This document shows positions 31,642 through 42,698 of a DNA stretch of 64,000 nucleotides, piece after piece. The position numbers were made by a program, and so were the translations under genes. Below the pieces are notes generated by a model, which made no database searches, had not been told where the DNA came from, and saw only the letters and a list, made by a program, of their open reading frames with translations. This DNA comes from Cyanobacteria bacterium P01_A01_bin.123 (GTDB lineage: Bacteria > Cyanobacteriota > Cyanobacteriia > Phormidesmidales > Phormidesmidaceae). Numbering within the stretch: position 1 is the first letter of the stretch; each line of letters begins with the position of its first letter. Location: the NCBI GenBank assembly GCA_039815185.1, contig JBCBZT010000003.1:1-64000 (forward strand), in the 5' to 3' direction.

Positions 31642-32226
31642 ATGGAACGGCTGTCCCAGCAAATGCAGTTCATTGTCGAAATCGATCGGCTCAAAACAGT
31701 TCTGCGCCAAACCCCCCTGATCGATCAATCGCGTCGGGAAAATAGCGCGGAGCACTCTTGGCATTTGGCAATCATGGCGATCGCATTAGCAGACTATGCC
31801 CCTGAGGGTGCCGATATCTTCAGTGCGGTCAAGCAAGTCTTGATCCACGACATTGTTGAAATCGATGCGGGCGACACCTTTTGCTATGACGCTAACGGCA
31901 ATCTGGATAAAGCCGCCCGCGAAATCGCCGCTGCGGATCGCATCTTTGGCCTATTGCCTCAGGATCAGAGCCAAGAGTTTCGTGCCCTATGGGATGAGTT
32001 TGAAGCCCAAGCTACCCCCACTGCCCGCTTTGCCGCTGCCCTGGATCGAATTCAGCCCCTGCTGCACAACTACCACACCCAAGGCGGTACCTGGAAACAG
32101 CACAGCATTAGTAAGGCGCAAGTGATGAAGCGGATGCAGCCTGTTGAAACTGGGGCTCCCAAGCTATGGCCGATGGTGTTAGAAACGGTCGAAAACTCGG
32201 TTGATGAAGGGTTTTTGACGGCTTAA
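31642..32226 (+). CDS. HD-domain phosphohydrolase
   Basis: RENSAEHSWH, IHDIVEIDAGD, ALDRIQP. Confidence 0.92.
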   Translation: MERLSQQMQFIVEIDRLKTVLRQTPLIDQSRRENSAEHSWHLAIMAIALADYAPEGADIFSAVKQVLIHDIVEIDAGDTFCYDANGNLDKAAREIAAADRIFGLLPQDQSQEFRALWDEFEAQATPTARFAAALDRIQPLLHNYHTQGGTWKQHSISKAQVMKRMQPVETGAPKLWPMVLETVENSVDEGFLTA

Positions 32227-32279
32227 ACGGCTAGGTTGCATGGGCTTCTTAGCAGAGATTGGGAATTTGAGGTTTGGGC

Positions 32280-33809
32280 CTACTGCATCCGATCGATAGT
32301 GCGATATTGAATTGCCTCAGCTACGTGGTGTGTTTGGAGCGCTGCAGCCGCATCAAGGTCAGCAATAGTTCGAGCCACTTTGAGGATGCGATCGGTGGCG
32401 CGGGCGGAGAGACCCAGTTTACGTACCGCGTTTTCTAACAAACTGCGGCTCGACTCATCGAGGGGGCACCACTCTTTCAAATGGCGGCTTTGCATATCGG
32501 CATTGCACTGTAGCTGAGTGACCGATTGAAAGCGATCGCGGGCGCGATCGCGAGCTTCTTGTACCCGGTCTCGCACCGCTGCTGACGGTTCCCCCTCCAT
32601 TTGGCGGGTCATCTCTTCTGGCTTCAAACGACTCACCACCACTTGCAAATCAATCCGATCCATCAGTGGCCCCGATAACCGCGCCCAATATTGCTCACGG
32701 CCACGCGGGGTGCAGGTACAGGGTTGAATCGAATCGCCAAAATAGCCGCATGGACAAGGATTGGTGCTAGCCACCAAAGTAAATTGGGCCGGAAACACCA
32801 CTGACTGTCGTGTACGAGAAATAGACACATGGCCGTCTTCCAACGGCTGACGCAGAAATTCCAACACGTCGCGCTTAAATTCAGTTAATTCGTCTAAGAA
32901 CAAAACTCCCCGGTGAGCCAAGGAAATTTCCCCTGGTTTTGGGAAACTGCCGCCCCCAACGAGAGATGGGCCAGAAGCAGAATGATGGGGGCTGCGGAAG
33001 GGCCGTTGACTGACCAAAGTGCCTTTATTCTTCAGCAGCCCTGCTACAGAGTGAATTTGGGTGACATCAAGGGCTTCTTCAAAGGTCAGGGGGGGCAAAA
33101 TTGAAGGTAACCGTCGGGCCAACATGGTTTTGCCGCTCCCAGGAGGGCCAACGAAGACAAGGTTATGACCCCCCGCAGCAGCAATTTCTAAGGCGCGCCG
33201 GGCTTGGGCTTGACCCTTAACATCCTTGAGGTCGAGGGAATTTTTAGGCGATCGCACCAGTTCCGCCTGTCCATTCACCTCGACGGGTTGATGATCTTGG
33301 GGTTGGTTCAAACAATCCACCACATCAGACAGATGATCGCAGCCATAGACTACAAGCCCAGGGACTACTGCTGCCTCTTGACCATTATCAGTGGGCACAA
33401 CTAAGCGGGTGATGCCCAGTTTTTTTGCTGCCGCTGCGATCGCTAAGACCCCTGCCACTGGGCGTAACGTTCCGTCTAAAGACAATTCGCCCAAGAACAA
33501 CGTATCGTCTAATAAATCGGTGCTGACCTGTTCAGAAGCCGCTAAAACCCCGATGCTAATGGGTAAATCAAAACTCGGTCCTTCTTTTCGCAAATCCGCC
33601 GGGGCTAGGTTCACCACAATTCGCCGCATGGGAAAAGCGAACCCGGCATTCTTTAGAGCCGCCTTGACTCGCTCTTTTGATTCTTGGACTGCCGTATCTG
33701 GCAGTCCGACAACGATAATGGCTGGCAATCCACCAGAGACATCGACTTCAACCCCAACTCTAACTGCGTCAATCCCAACCAGGGCTGCGCTCCAGCTCCG
33801 TGCCAGCAT
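32280..33809 (-). CDS. comM: YifB/ComM family Mg-chelatase-like AAA+ ATPase
   Basis: VGLPDTAVQES, NLAPADLRKEG, GPPGSGKT, PFRSPHH, NPCPCG, SGPLMDRID. Confidence 0.94.
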   Translation of the reverse strand: MLARSWSAALVGIDAVRVGVEVDVSGGLPAIIVVGLPDTAVQESKERVKAALKNAGFAFPMRRIVVNLAPADLRKEGPSFDLPISIGVLAASEQVSTDLLDDTLFLGELSLDGTLRPVAGVLAIAAAAKKLGITRLVVPTDNGQEAAVVPGLVVYGCDHLSDVVDCLNQPQDHQPVEVNGQAELVRSPKNSLDLKDVKGQAQARRALEIAAAGGHNLVFVGPPGSGKTMLARRLPSILPPLTFEEALDVTQIHSVAGLLKNKGTLVSQRPFRSPHHSASGPSLVGGGSFPKPGEISLAHRGVLFLDELTEFKRDVLEFLRQPLEDGHVSISRTRQSVVFPAQFTLVASTNPCPCGYFGDSIQPCTCTPRGREQYWARLSGPLMDRIDLQVVVSRLKPEEMTRQMEGEPSAAVRDRVQEARDRARDRFQSVTQLQCNADMQSRHLKEWCPLDESSRSLLENAVRKLGLSARATDRILKVARTIADLDAAAALQTHHVAEAIQYRTIDRMQ

Positions 33810-33888
33810 AGTGTTTTTCTAAGATACACCTGGGATTAGCATGCCCCTAGGGTTGCGTTAAAGAACAGCATCAGGGGGGATAATAATT

Positions 33889-34239
33889 GTGTTGGTTGAG
33901 GTACTGAGCATGCAGGTTCTTTCTGGAAAACCCGTTAATCTTTCGACTTACCAGGCGGAACAGCGCATGGAACAAGAGCGGATGAGCGATGTGCTGCTAA
34001 TGTTAGAAAACCTGATTTTGCGCGAAGAGGCAACCGTCAAAATCATTGTGGACTGCCTCTACGATGTCGGTTCTGTGAATCTAATCAATCAGCGATTTCA
34101 AGCCCGCCCACTGAACCGCCTGCTTAAAGCCATTGCCCGCATGAGCAAGCCCGCATTTCGCTTTTTTGCACTGCGCTGGCTTAAACGAAACTGTCCGCGC
34201 CTAATTACAAAATGGTTGCAGTCTAAAGTTTCATTTTAA
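33889..34239 (+). CDS. Conserved hypothetical protein
   Basis: 116-aa ORF (start may be the ATG at 33910); REEATVK..DCLYDVGSVNLIN. Confidence 0.75.
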   Translation: MLVEVLSMQVLSGKPVNLSTYQAEQRMEQERMSDVLLMLENLILREEATVKIIVDCLYDVGSVNLINQRFQARPLNRLLKAIARMSKPAFRFFALRWLKRNCPRLITKWLQSKVSF

Positions 34240-37200
34240 AGCTGGGGAACCGCTTTTTGTTCTTCTAGCCAAGCTTCTATTTGATAGTGGTCTAGAGGGT
34301 GCGAAAATAAATAGCCTTGACCGAATTCACACCCCAGCGACTTTAGCTGCTTTAGCTGCTCTGGGGTTTCAATGCCTTCTGCAATGATACAAATATCTAA
34401 GGTTCTTGCTAATGTCGCAATGGCTTGGACGATGCCTAATTTACGCCGATCTTGGGTGAGACGATAGATAAATGAGCGATGAATTTTCAGGATATTGACA
34501 GGCAGTGATTGCAAGTAACTTAAGGAAGAATATCCGGTACCAAAGTCATCAATGCTGAGTTTAATCTGGCGATCGCGCAATTGCTTGAGCGTCTCAATCG
34601 CAAATTTGGTGTTGGTCATAATTGCACTTTCGGTGATCTCAAGCTTTAGACAGTGTTCTGCGAGTTGGGTTTCTGCGAGTACCGTTTCAATTTGTTCTAG
34701 CAAATTGGGTTGAGAAAACTGTTTCCCAGATAAGTTAACACTGATCAAAGTTTGTTCAGTGACGAGACGTTGCTTTTGCCAGGTTTTCATTTGTTGGCAG
34801 GCTTGCTGCAAAACCCACTGTCCCATCGGTAAGATCAGTCCGGTTTCTTCCGCCACGGGGATAAACTTGCCCGGTAGAATTAATCCTCGTTCGGGGTGAT
34901 GCCAGCGTAGCAAAGCTTCAAATCCAATCGGTTGACTATTATTATTTATGTCTACGATAGGTTGATAGTAGACTTCGAGCTCTTGCTGTTCTAAGGCGAT
35001 ACGGAGCTCTGTTTCCATTTGCAGTGAGCTTCGTACCGCTAAGTGCATACCGCCTTCAAAAATTTCAAAGGGTAGGCCTTGGTGTTTGGCTTGATACATG
35101 GCGGTATCAGCATCGCGCAAAATATCATCCGCCCGCTGATAATTTTGGTCGGCGACGACAATGCCAATGCTAGTACTGACAAAAATCTGCTGGGTGCCAA
35201 TGTGAAAGGGCGTTACCAAATGCTCTAGGATCCGATTGGCCACAACAATAGCCGTTTCGCGGCTTTCAATTTTTCGCAACAGCAGCATAAACTCATCCCC
35301 CCCGAACCGGGCAATCCAGTCGCGAGGACGCAAACTGGATTGCAGACGATTAGCAAAGGCTTTGAGCAACTGATCCCCCACTAAATGTCCGAAGGAATCG
35401 TTGATCAGCTTAAATCGATTAAAGTCTAGGAAAAGGACGGCAAATTGATAATTGGTATCTTGTTTGGCTTGATCCAGGGTTTTGCGCAACTGATAGATGA
35501 ACTGACTCCGGTTCGGTAACCCTGTGAGTTCGTCGTGGAAGGCTCGATAGGCCAGTTGTTCTTGGGCTTGGCGACGGCTTGAAATTTCGCGTCTGAGGTC
35601 GGCATTGGCCGATTCGAGTTCAGCTGTACGATGCTGAACTTGGGTTTCCAGGGTTTGATTGAGATCGCGCAGTTGGGTTTCGATTTGTTTCCGGTGGGTA
35701 ATATCTTCTAGCAATAAAACCCAGCCTTCGCGCAGCGTTGACCCAGGATTTCGGAGATCAGCAACCGAGTAAGTGAGCTGCTCTAGGGTGAGCTCAAACC
35801 AGCGATCGCCTCGACAAATCTCTCGATGAACAGGCTGGCGATCGCGGGTCAGTACCGCCAAATCAGCTTGCCATTCATCGGTGGTTATCCAGGTGGGAAT
35901 TAAACTATCCAGCAGCGAAGCCCCAGTCGTGACCTGTAACCAATGCTTCGCCACCGGATTGCAAAACCAAATGGTACCTTGGGTGTCGGCGGCTAGGAGT
36001 CCCAACGATAGATTGCGGGCGATCGCGGCCTGGGTTGATTGGGAGCGGCCAAAGGATTCAGCCAATACTGTCAATCGCTGCATGCTGGGGCTAATCGGTT
36101 CAGCCGCAGTAATGGTTTCTGTCTGCGGAGAGACCTGAACCGAAGGCAGCACCAAATCAGCCTGATAATTTTGCCAAAGCCGATTGATATGCTGTTGCAG
36201 TAGGCGATTCTCACGCAGATTGCGATAGATGACTGACGTGCTACCCGTCATGCCGATTAAGGCTAATGGCTTGGCCAAGGGCAACCAGTAATCCATGAAA
36301 AATAATCCACTAAACACCCCACACCAGCTTGCCCCTAAGGCTAGGATGATTAAAAACTGATTGCGCGATCGCACAGAGACAAGGCACCAACTTAATCCGA
36401 GGGCTCCCAGTATGAGCCCCCCCCAGACCCAGATTCCATTCAGAGGCTTGAGGGGGCGATTGAGCAACAGATTGTCTACTACCGCCGCGTGGAGAATCAG
36501 ATTACTGGTCGGTGTCTCTAGATCGAAAGGGGTTCTGAGGGCATCAATTCCCGTAGCCGACACGCCTACCAAGACAACTTTCTGATGAAATACGCTCTTA
36601 TCGACCTGATCCTGCATCACATCAGCAAAGGAATAGGTCGATAATCCACGAGCCGAGCCGGGCCAGTTGATCCAAAACGTGCGACTTGGATTTTGGCTCA
36701 GCTGTTTCTCAAAGGACGGCTTTGCCATGTCAACCGCCATCCAAGGCAAGGCCAGACGGCCACGCCTCAAAGGCTGAATCGATCGGACGAGGCCATCGCT
36801 GTCCTGCTCATTTTGGTCAATGTGCCCCGTTTCAAGGGCAGCTTGCTGTAGTCCCCCTGGTAGTGCCAGTAATTCCCCAGTTGCATCCCACGCTTCGGCC
36901 AAGACAACTTGGCCAACGTCCTGCATGGCTAGAGCCAATGCCCCATCTTCTAAGGTCGGTTCTGAAAATAAGACGTTAAAGGCAACTACCCTGGGTTCAG
37001 CGGTGTCTAAAATGGTTAGCAGCTCAGCATAGTAATCTCGCGGCCAGGGAAAACGACCCAACTTAGCAATGCTGTAATCGTCAATGGCGATGACAGCCAC
37101 ATCTTCACTCCAGGTTCGTTCCCCACGGAGCTGAAAGGCAAATCGATAGGCACTTTGTTCATAGGGCTTAAAAACAGACAGCTTTGCTAGCCCTGCAACC

Positions 37201-37256
37201 AAAATTACAGTAACCAAGCCTGGTAACAATCGCCATCCCTGTCGATAGAATCGCAC
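34236..37256 (-). CDS. CHASE2-PAS-GGDEF-EAL c-di-GMP signalling protein
   Basis: IDDYSIAKLGRFPWPR (CHASE2), 3 TM, RFGGDEF, EALLRW, DDFGTGYSS, EGIE, QGY. Confidence 0.93.
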   Translation of the reverse strand: MRFYRQGWRLLPGLVTVILVAGLAKLSVFKPYEQSAYRFAFQLRGERTWSEDVAVIAIDDYSIAKLGRFPWPRDYYAELLTILDTAEPRVVAFNVLFSEPTLEDGALALAMQDVGQVVLAEAWDATGELLALPGGLQQAALETGHIDQNEQDSDGLVRSIQPLRRGRLALPWMAVDMAKPSFEKQLSQNPSRTFWINWPGSARGLSTYSFADVMQDQVDKSVFHQKVVLVGVSATGIDALRTPFDLETPTSNLILHAAVVDNLLLNRPLKPLNGIWVWGGLILGALGLSWCLVSVRSRNQFLIILALGASWCGVFSGLFFMDYWLPLAKPLALIGMTGSTSVIYRNLRENRLLQQHINRLWQNYQADLVLPSVQVSPQTETITAAEPISPSMQRLTVLAESFGRSQSTQAAIARNLSLGLLAADTQGTIWFCNPVAKHWLQVTTGASLLDSLIPTWITTDEWQADLAVLTRDRQPVHREICRGDRWFELTLEQLTYSVADLRNPGSTLREGWVLLLEDITHRKQIETQLRDLNQTLETQVQHRTAELESANADLRREISSRRQAQEQLAYRAFHDELTGLPNRSQFIYQLRKTLDQAKQDTNYQFAVLFLDFNRFKLINDSFGHLVGDQLLKAFANRLQSSLRPRDWIARFGGDEFMLLLRKIESRETAIVVANRILEHLVTPFHIGTQQIFVSTSIGIVVADQNYQRADDILRDADTAMYQAKHQGLPFEIFEGGMHLAVRSSLQMETELRIALEQQELEVYYQPIVDINNNSQPIGFEALLRWHHPERGLILPGKFIPVAEETGLILPMGQWVLQQACQQMKTWQKQRLVTEQTLISVNLSGKQFSQPNLLEQIETVLAETQLAEHCLKLEITESAIMTNTKFAIETLKQLRDRQIKLSIDDFGTGYSSLSYLQSLPVNILKIHRSFIYRLTQDRRKLGIVQAIATLARTLDICIIAEGIETPEQLKQLKSLGCEFGQGYLFSHPLDHYQIEAWLEEQKAVPQL

Positions 37257-37550
37257 TGCTTTAAACCCACTCCAGTCCCACTGTGGAAAACCTGAACCGA
37301 CAATGCCTAATGTTCAATCACAAAAGTATGAAGATTCCAGAATAACCTCTGTTCATACTTCACCAACCCACCACTGGTTCAATAGCCGTTAAAAGCTTTA
37401 ATCTCAAGCATAAGACATTGTCCCTAGGCGGCAGAGGAAGGCATCTCTGGGGGTGAATGAGTTTCTGCATCCCTAGTATTGCATGTGTCTTTTATTACTG
37501 CCAGTTGACTCAGCATGTCAATTGGGCCTAGCCTAGCCCTGAAACTCGTC

Positions 37551-39395
37551 TCAAGCAGATTTGCTGAAGTGCTGATTCAGCGCTGAGCTTTCTGGCTCAG
37601 TGGTTTGAATCTGAACAAATTGTTGTGGCGCACCAATCGGAATATCGGCCTGATCGAAGGCGATTTTGAGTCTGCGGCGGTATTCACGGGCAACATCCCA
37701 CTGCTTCAGGGGTAGAGTTTTAATCCAAATGCGAACGGTTGCCCCATAGTGATCGAGACGATCAACCCCCAGGATTAATGGGGATTCTAAAATTAGGTGC
37801 TGCCACGGAGTCTCTTGGGCCATGTCATCGGCCACTTGACGGATTAAGGCGATCGCCTGGTCGATATCTGCCCTGGGGGCAACAGAAACCATCAAGTCTA
37901 CCCGAGACCACTCCTTCGACAGATTTTGCACAATGGCGATTTGGCTGTTGGGAATGGTAATTAACCGCCCTTCTTCGTTGCGGAGCTGGGTAATGCGCAG
38001 GTTCATCGTTTCCACAAAACCGGCTACATCCCCTACAACGATCACGTCGCCGACCCCATACTGATCTTCAAACAGAATTAAAAATCCGTTGATAATGTCT
38101 TTGATTAGGCTTTGAGCCGCTAACGAGATACCTAAGCCAATCAGGCCAGCCCCGGTTAGCAGCGAGGCTAAATTGACCCCCATTAGCGCTAGCCCAGCCA
38201 GGATGCCAAGGGCAATTAGAGTAGAAGCCACGATACTTTTGGTGACCTGCGAAAAGGTGGAAAGGCGCAGAGACACCCGTTGCGATCGTTCTGGGGTGAG
38301 TATGGCTTCATTTTGTAGCGCCAGGCATAAGCGATTCACCACCATATTTCCCAGACGGGTTAAGGCATAAATCACCAAGGCCAATATCGTTAGCCGCAAG
38401 GGGAGTTTTAGCCCATCAACTAATACGGGTTGCAGCCATCGGGTATGGGGGAATAGCCCCAAAACTCCCAAGATGGAGCTGATCCAGAGGCCAAGCTGGA
38501 TCAGCATCAAGCTTCCCCGTTGAATTTCTAGCAAGTTGCGTTTTTGCCGCTGCATCATTTGCTGGCGCAGTGCCGTGTTGATCGGGGTTTGGTCAATGGC
38601 ATTTTGAGTCTGGGCAGTGTTGGCTTCGATCTGCTGCTTGAGATATTTGCGTTTCTGATAGAGGCCGTATTGCAACCGAGTTAATCCGGCACTTAGCAGG
38701 GTTGTCAGGGCTAAAATCCCGATACCGTAGCGGGCATTTTGCCAGAGCATGTCGGGTTGACGTTCTTGCTTGTATCGCAACAGGTTTGATTGCAACAGGC
38801 TGGTCAACTCATTGGCTCGAATCGTCAGATCTTCGAGGCCTTCGAGTTGGGCATCTGCTGAAGTTACCGTCAGTAAGAAATCCCCATTGACATAGATAAC
38901 CGGTTGGTTACTCTCGGATTCAGGCTCCCAGAACACATCTAATGTCTCGGCGGTATAGTCCTGCTGGGCCAAGTCTCGCAGGCGGCGTTCAATATCTTGC
39001 GATCGCGCTTCAGCGGACACACTTGAGTCAGCAACCTGAAACAAAATGCGACCGTCAAATTGGACTGGGGCTGCCTTCACTGCCACCGCGTTCTCGATGA
39101 GGAAGTTTTGGATATCCGGTGGCACAAGCTCTTCGATAGGTTGCTGGAATATAGAGATTTGGGATAGTAAGGGGGATTCTCTACTAGAGGAATCTCTACT
39201 ACCGTAGGTAGCCGGAGATAAGAGCAGCGTCAGACAGCAGGCCGCGATCGCAGCCATGACCAGCTTCGTACGAGTCCACCGAGATTGACTGCATAGGAAT
39301 GGTCGAATGGGTCTTGGCACACCAAGTAGAACAGCTTGTGGCTTCAGAAGTTGGATTGTGGGACGCAAGATCTTGCCCTTAAATGCGGTAATCAA
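37551..39395 (-). CDS. MscS family mechanosensitive channel with large N-terminal domain
   Basis: GLGISLAAQSLIKDIINGFLILFEDQYGVGD, ITIPNSQI; start uncertain. Confidence 0.9.
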   Translation of the reverse strand: MITAFKGKILRPTIQLLKPQAVLLGVPRPIRPFLCSQSRWTRTKLVMAAIAACCLTLLLSPATYGSRDSSSRESPLLSQISIFQQPIEELVPPDIQNFLIENAVAVKAAPVQFDGRILFQVADSSVSAEARSQDIERRLRDLAQQDYTAETLDVFWEPESESNQPVIYVNGDFLLTVTSADAQLEGLEDLTIRANELTSLLQSNLLRYKQERQPDMLWQNARYGIGILALTTLLSAGLTRLQYGLYQKRKYLKQQIEANTAQTQNAIDQTPINTALRQQMMQRQKRNLLEIQRGSLMLIQLGLWISSILGVLGLFPHTRWLQPVLVDGLKLPLRLTILALVIYALTRLGNMVVNRLCLALQNEAILTPERSQRVSLRLSTFSQVTKSIVASTLIALGILAGLALMGVNLASLLTGAGLIGLGISLAAQSLIKDIINGFLILFEDQYGVGDVIVVGDVAGFVETMNLRITQLRNEEGRLITIPNSQIAIVQNLSKEWSRVDLMVSVAPRADIDQAIALIRQVADDMAQETPWQHLILESPLILGVDRLDHYGATVRIWIKTLPLKQWDVAREYRRRLKIAFDQADIPIGAPQQFVQIQTTEPESSALNQHFSKSA

Positions 39396-39597
39396 GTGTG
39401 ATCAAGATGCGGCTTGATCGGTAGGCTGTCTGCAACGGTTTCTACAGAAGAGAACGCGTTAATATAGGTTCCCGCCTAGCATCAGAAGTCGCCTCAAGCA
39501 GGGTTTATAAAATAATGACGATGAGATCCATCCAGGTTGAGCCACCTGAGCAGGCCGAACCCAGGCATAGCTGCCCTTAAAATGACGTGTTATTGCT

Positions 39598-40749
39598 GTG
39601 ACTAAGCTAACTGATTTATCCCCAATTGAGACTGACCGTGTCTGGATGCAGCGGGCTTTAGCACTGGCCAGGCAGGGATTGGGTCGAACCAGCCCCAATC
39701 CCATGGTGGGCGCGGTGGTGGTGCAAGCGGGAGAATCGGTTGGAGAAGGGTTTCATCCGAAGGCGGGGGAACCCCACGCAGAGGTCTTTGCTTTGCGGGC
39801 AGCGGGCGATCGCGCCCAGGGAGCCACCCTCTATGTCAATCTAGAACCCTGCAATCACTATGGTCGCACCCCACCCTGTAGTGAAGCGGTGATTCGGGCG
39901 GGTATTGGTCGTGTCGTTGTCGGTATGGTTGATCCCGATCCCCGAGTTGCTGGGGGCGGCATCGCCCGGTTAAAGGCTGCGGGTATAGCAGTGACGGTTG
40001 GGATTGAAGAAGCTGACTGTCAACAGTTGAATGAAGCCTTTGTCCATCGCGTGCGATATCAGCGCCCCTTTGGTATTTTGAAATACGCCATGACCCTGGA
40101 TGGCAAAATTGCCACGCCGACTGGCCATAGTGCTTGGGTTAGCGGCCCGGAATCGCGGGCCCAAGTGCATCAACTGCGAGCTGAGTGCGATGCGGTGATT
40201 GTCGGAGGAAATACGGTACGCAGAGACAACCCGCTCTTAACCAGTCATGGCAGGGGCGATCGCGATCCGCTGCGGGTCGTGATGAGTCGGCAACTCGATT
40301 TACCCCGAGAGGCTCAACTGTGGCGCACCGATCAGGTGCCCACCCTGGTTTTGACAGAGACTAGCGCTGATCCAACGATGCAGGATGCGCTCGCAACCCT
40401 GGGCGTAAAAATAGCGGCCTTTCCGAAACTAACGCCGGAGGCAGCTATGAGCTATCTTTATGATTTAGGAATCTCTAGAGTGCTTTGGGAATGTGGTGGA
40501 ACGCTTGCCGCCGCCGCGATCGCAGCGGCGGCCGTGCAAAAAGTCTGCGCCTTTATTGCCCCTAAGCTAATCGGCGGCGTCGGCGCCCCTTCCCCAGTAG
40601 GGGAATTGGGTTTATTAAAGATGTCCGATGCGCTCCCCTTGAGCCGCGTGAGTTGGCAGACCGTAGGCAACGATCTGCGGGTTGACGCGTACCTAAACTC
40701 ACCTAATCCAAAGCAGACAGCTCAGACGTCATTGACATCTGAGCCGTAG
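39598..40749 (+). CDS. ribD: Bifunctional riboflavin deaminase/reductase
   Basis: SPNPMVG, PHAE, LEPCNHYGRTPPC, AMTLDGKIA. Confidence 0.97.
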   Translation: MTKLTDLSPIETDRVWMQRALALARQGLGRTSPNPMVGAVVVQAGESVGEGFHPKAGEPHAEVFALRAAGDRAQGATLYVNLEPCNHYGRTPPCSEAVIRAGIGRVVVGMVDPDPRVAGGGIARLKAAGIAVTVGIEEADCQQLNEAFVHRVRYQRPFGILKYAMTLDGKIATPTGHSAWVSGPESRAQVHQLRAECDAVIVGGNTVRRDNPLLTSHGRGDRDPLRVVMSRQLDLPREAQLWRTDQVPTLVLTETSADPTMQDALATLGVKIAAFPKLTPEAAMSYLYDLGISRVLWECGGTLAAAAIAAAAVQKVCAFIAPKLIGGVGAPSPVGELGLLKMSDALPLSRVSWQTVGNDLRVDAYLNSPNPKQTAQTSLTSEP

Positions 40750-41095
40750 CAGATAGGTAGGATTCGCCTCCTCGACTACGCATGGCAGCCTCTAGCGCTT
40801 GACGCAAATCATCTCGCCCCCGAAAGCTATCGATGCGTTGGATCAAATCACCCCGTTCTAGCAGTAGCAAGGTGGGTAGCGTCGTCAATCGATAAAAATT
40901 GGCCAGCTTCAAGTTTTCATCGGCGTTGACATCAACCAGTTGAATCTTGCCTTCCCATTCCTGTTGGAATGTCATCAAAAGGGGTTTGATCATGCGGCAC
41001 AGCCCGCACCAGGGGGCCCAAAAATTAACGATTACAGGGGTTGGCGCATTCAAGACATCGCGGCTAAACGTCGTTTCATTAACGGACAAAACCAT
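40703..41095 (-). CDS. trxC: Cyanobacterial thioredoxin C
   Basis: WCGLC active site; start MVLSVNE. Confidence 0.85.
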   Translation of the reverse strand: MVLSVNETTFSRDVLNAPTPVIVNFWAPWCGLCRMIKPLLMTFQQEWEGKIQLVDVNADENLKLANFYRLTTLPTLLLLERGDLIQRIDSFRGRDDLRQALEAAMRSRGGESYLSATAQMSMTSELSALD

Positions 41096-41225
41096 ATCTT
41101 TATATAAAGGCATAATCAATAAGCTTTGCTTTGGGATCATTGTAAAGCGAAGCCAGGATATAAGGAATAGCTATAGGTCAAATTAAGCGCATTTGTTGGC
41201 GTCTGGTAACAATGCCAACCAATGC

Positions 41226-42017
41226 TTAAATTCCCAGAGCGACTAATCCCCAACCCAAGCCTAAAGCGACTGCTGCGCCGATCAGCGTGTTGATAATATT
41301 CACCAGTTCATTGGTCAGCCAGTCAAATCGATCTTGGAGGGTTGCCCCAATCACGCTTTCTAAATTGGTGGCAATAAAGGCCGCCATCCCACAAATCCCG
41401 ATGCCGAGGGGACTGATTAACCCGACAAGCCAGCCGACCAATGCGATCGCGATAGAGGCTACGATCCCGGCCAGGGTGCCCTCTAGACTGACAGCGCCTT
41501 CGGTGCCGGGGGGGACGGGTTTGAGGGTCGTAATTAAATAGGTAGATTTGCCGTAGACCTTACCGATCTCGCTGGCGCAGGTATCTGAAAGCTTGGTGCT
41601 AAAGCTGGCAACATAGGCTAAACCCAGCAGGACGCTCCAAGTCAGCGCTGTGCTTTCAGAAATGTCACCATAGACGACTGCGATCCGACCCAAGGCACAT
41701 AGTGCACCGATTAGGGCCGATCCCCAGACATTTTCTGGTCCACGGGCACCGGAGCGCTTTTCAGCAATGCCTGCGGCTTCTTTTTGGGCCATGCCTATCC
41801 GCGTCACCGCTGAGCCTGCGATGAAATAGCACAACACCACGGCATAGCCCCGCCAGCCCATGGCTCCCCAAATGAGCACGCCCAATACCCAGGCATGGAG
41901 ATAGCCTGCGGACGTCAATAGTTTCTTGGGGGCAACCCACGCGATTGCCAACAGCACCGTGTTCAGTCCAACAGCAAAGAACCAAGGATTGATAAACAAC
42001 AGACCATCCATAGGCAT
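41226..42017 (-). CDS. DUF92/TIGR00297 membrane protein (VTE6-like)
   Basis: GIAEKRSGARGPENVWGSA, KLSDTCASEIGK, GTEGAVSLEGT. Confidence 0.9.
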   Translation of the reverse strand: MPMDGLLFINPWFFAVGLNTVLLAIAWVAPKKLLTSAGYLHAWVLGVLIWGAMGWRGYAVVLCYFIAGSAVTRIGMAQKEAAGIAEKRSGARGPENVWGSALIGALCALGRIAVVYGDISESTALTWSVLLGLAYVASFSTKLSDTCASEIGKVYGKSTYLITTLKPVPPGTEGAVSLEGTLAGIVASIAIALVGWLVGLISPLGIGICGMAAFIATNLESVIGATLQDRFDWLTNELVNIINTLIGAAVALGLGWGLVALGI

Positions 42018-42130
42018 AAGCAGGGTTAAAGCGACCGACTAAAATGAGGCTAATGGTTTTTCGGTTTATCAGCTTCCGAGCTTAGCTCGGGGTATTGGGG
42101 AACACAGCCCATTCAAGCCTGGATTAAAGC

Positions 42131-42204
42131 TAAACCGCGTCCACATCCAGATCCACAGTTTTTCTTTAAGCTAAAACTCCAGGTTTCAAATCGGATGTGG
42201 TTTA
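42131..42204 (+). repeat. Dispersed MITE/REP-like element, copy B
   Basis: Terminal inverted repeats taaaccgcgtcc / ggatgtggttta. Confidence 0.7.
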
Positions 42205-42259
42205 TATTCAGTCCTATTGTTTCAAATAATGGTCTTTTCCACCTACTCGTTTTGATCCC

Positions 42260-42694
42260 ATGAACAATGTTATTTTTCATCTGGCCTTTCCCGTAGCTAA
42301 CGTGGTTGAAACCAAAGCTTTTTATGTGGATGGCTTAGGATGTGCCGTTGGACGAGAATCCCCCAGCTCTGTAATTCTGAACTTGGCAGGGCACCAGCTC
42401 GTGGCCCACGTCACCCGCGAACCAATCGATCCCCAACCGGGCATCTATCCTCGTCACTTTGGTCTCGTCTTTCGCCAAGAAGCGGATTGGGAAGCACTGC
42501 TGGAACGTGCCCAGCGTCAGGGACTCACCTTTTATCAACCGCCGAAACGCCGCTTTACGGGTTCCCCCCTGGAACACAGAACCTTTTTCTTAGCCGATCC
42601 GTTCCAAAATCTATTGGAGTTTAAGTTTTACTGCCACGAAAGCGCGATCTTTGGCGAAGCTCAATTGGCCCAAGTCGGCGATGCCGTAGGCTAA
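42260..42694 (+). CDS. VOC/glyoxalase family protein
   Basis: FHLAFPV, GHQLVAH, PRHFG, FLADPFQNLLEFK. Confidence 0.9.
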   Translation: MNNVIFHLAFPVANVVETKAFYVDGLGCAVGRESPSSVILNLAGHQLVAHVTREPIDPQPGIYPRHFGLVFRQEADWEALLERAQRQGLTFYQPPKRRFTGSPLEHRTFFLADPFQNLLEFKFYCHESAIFGEAQLAQVGDAVG

Positions 42695-42698
42695 TCAT

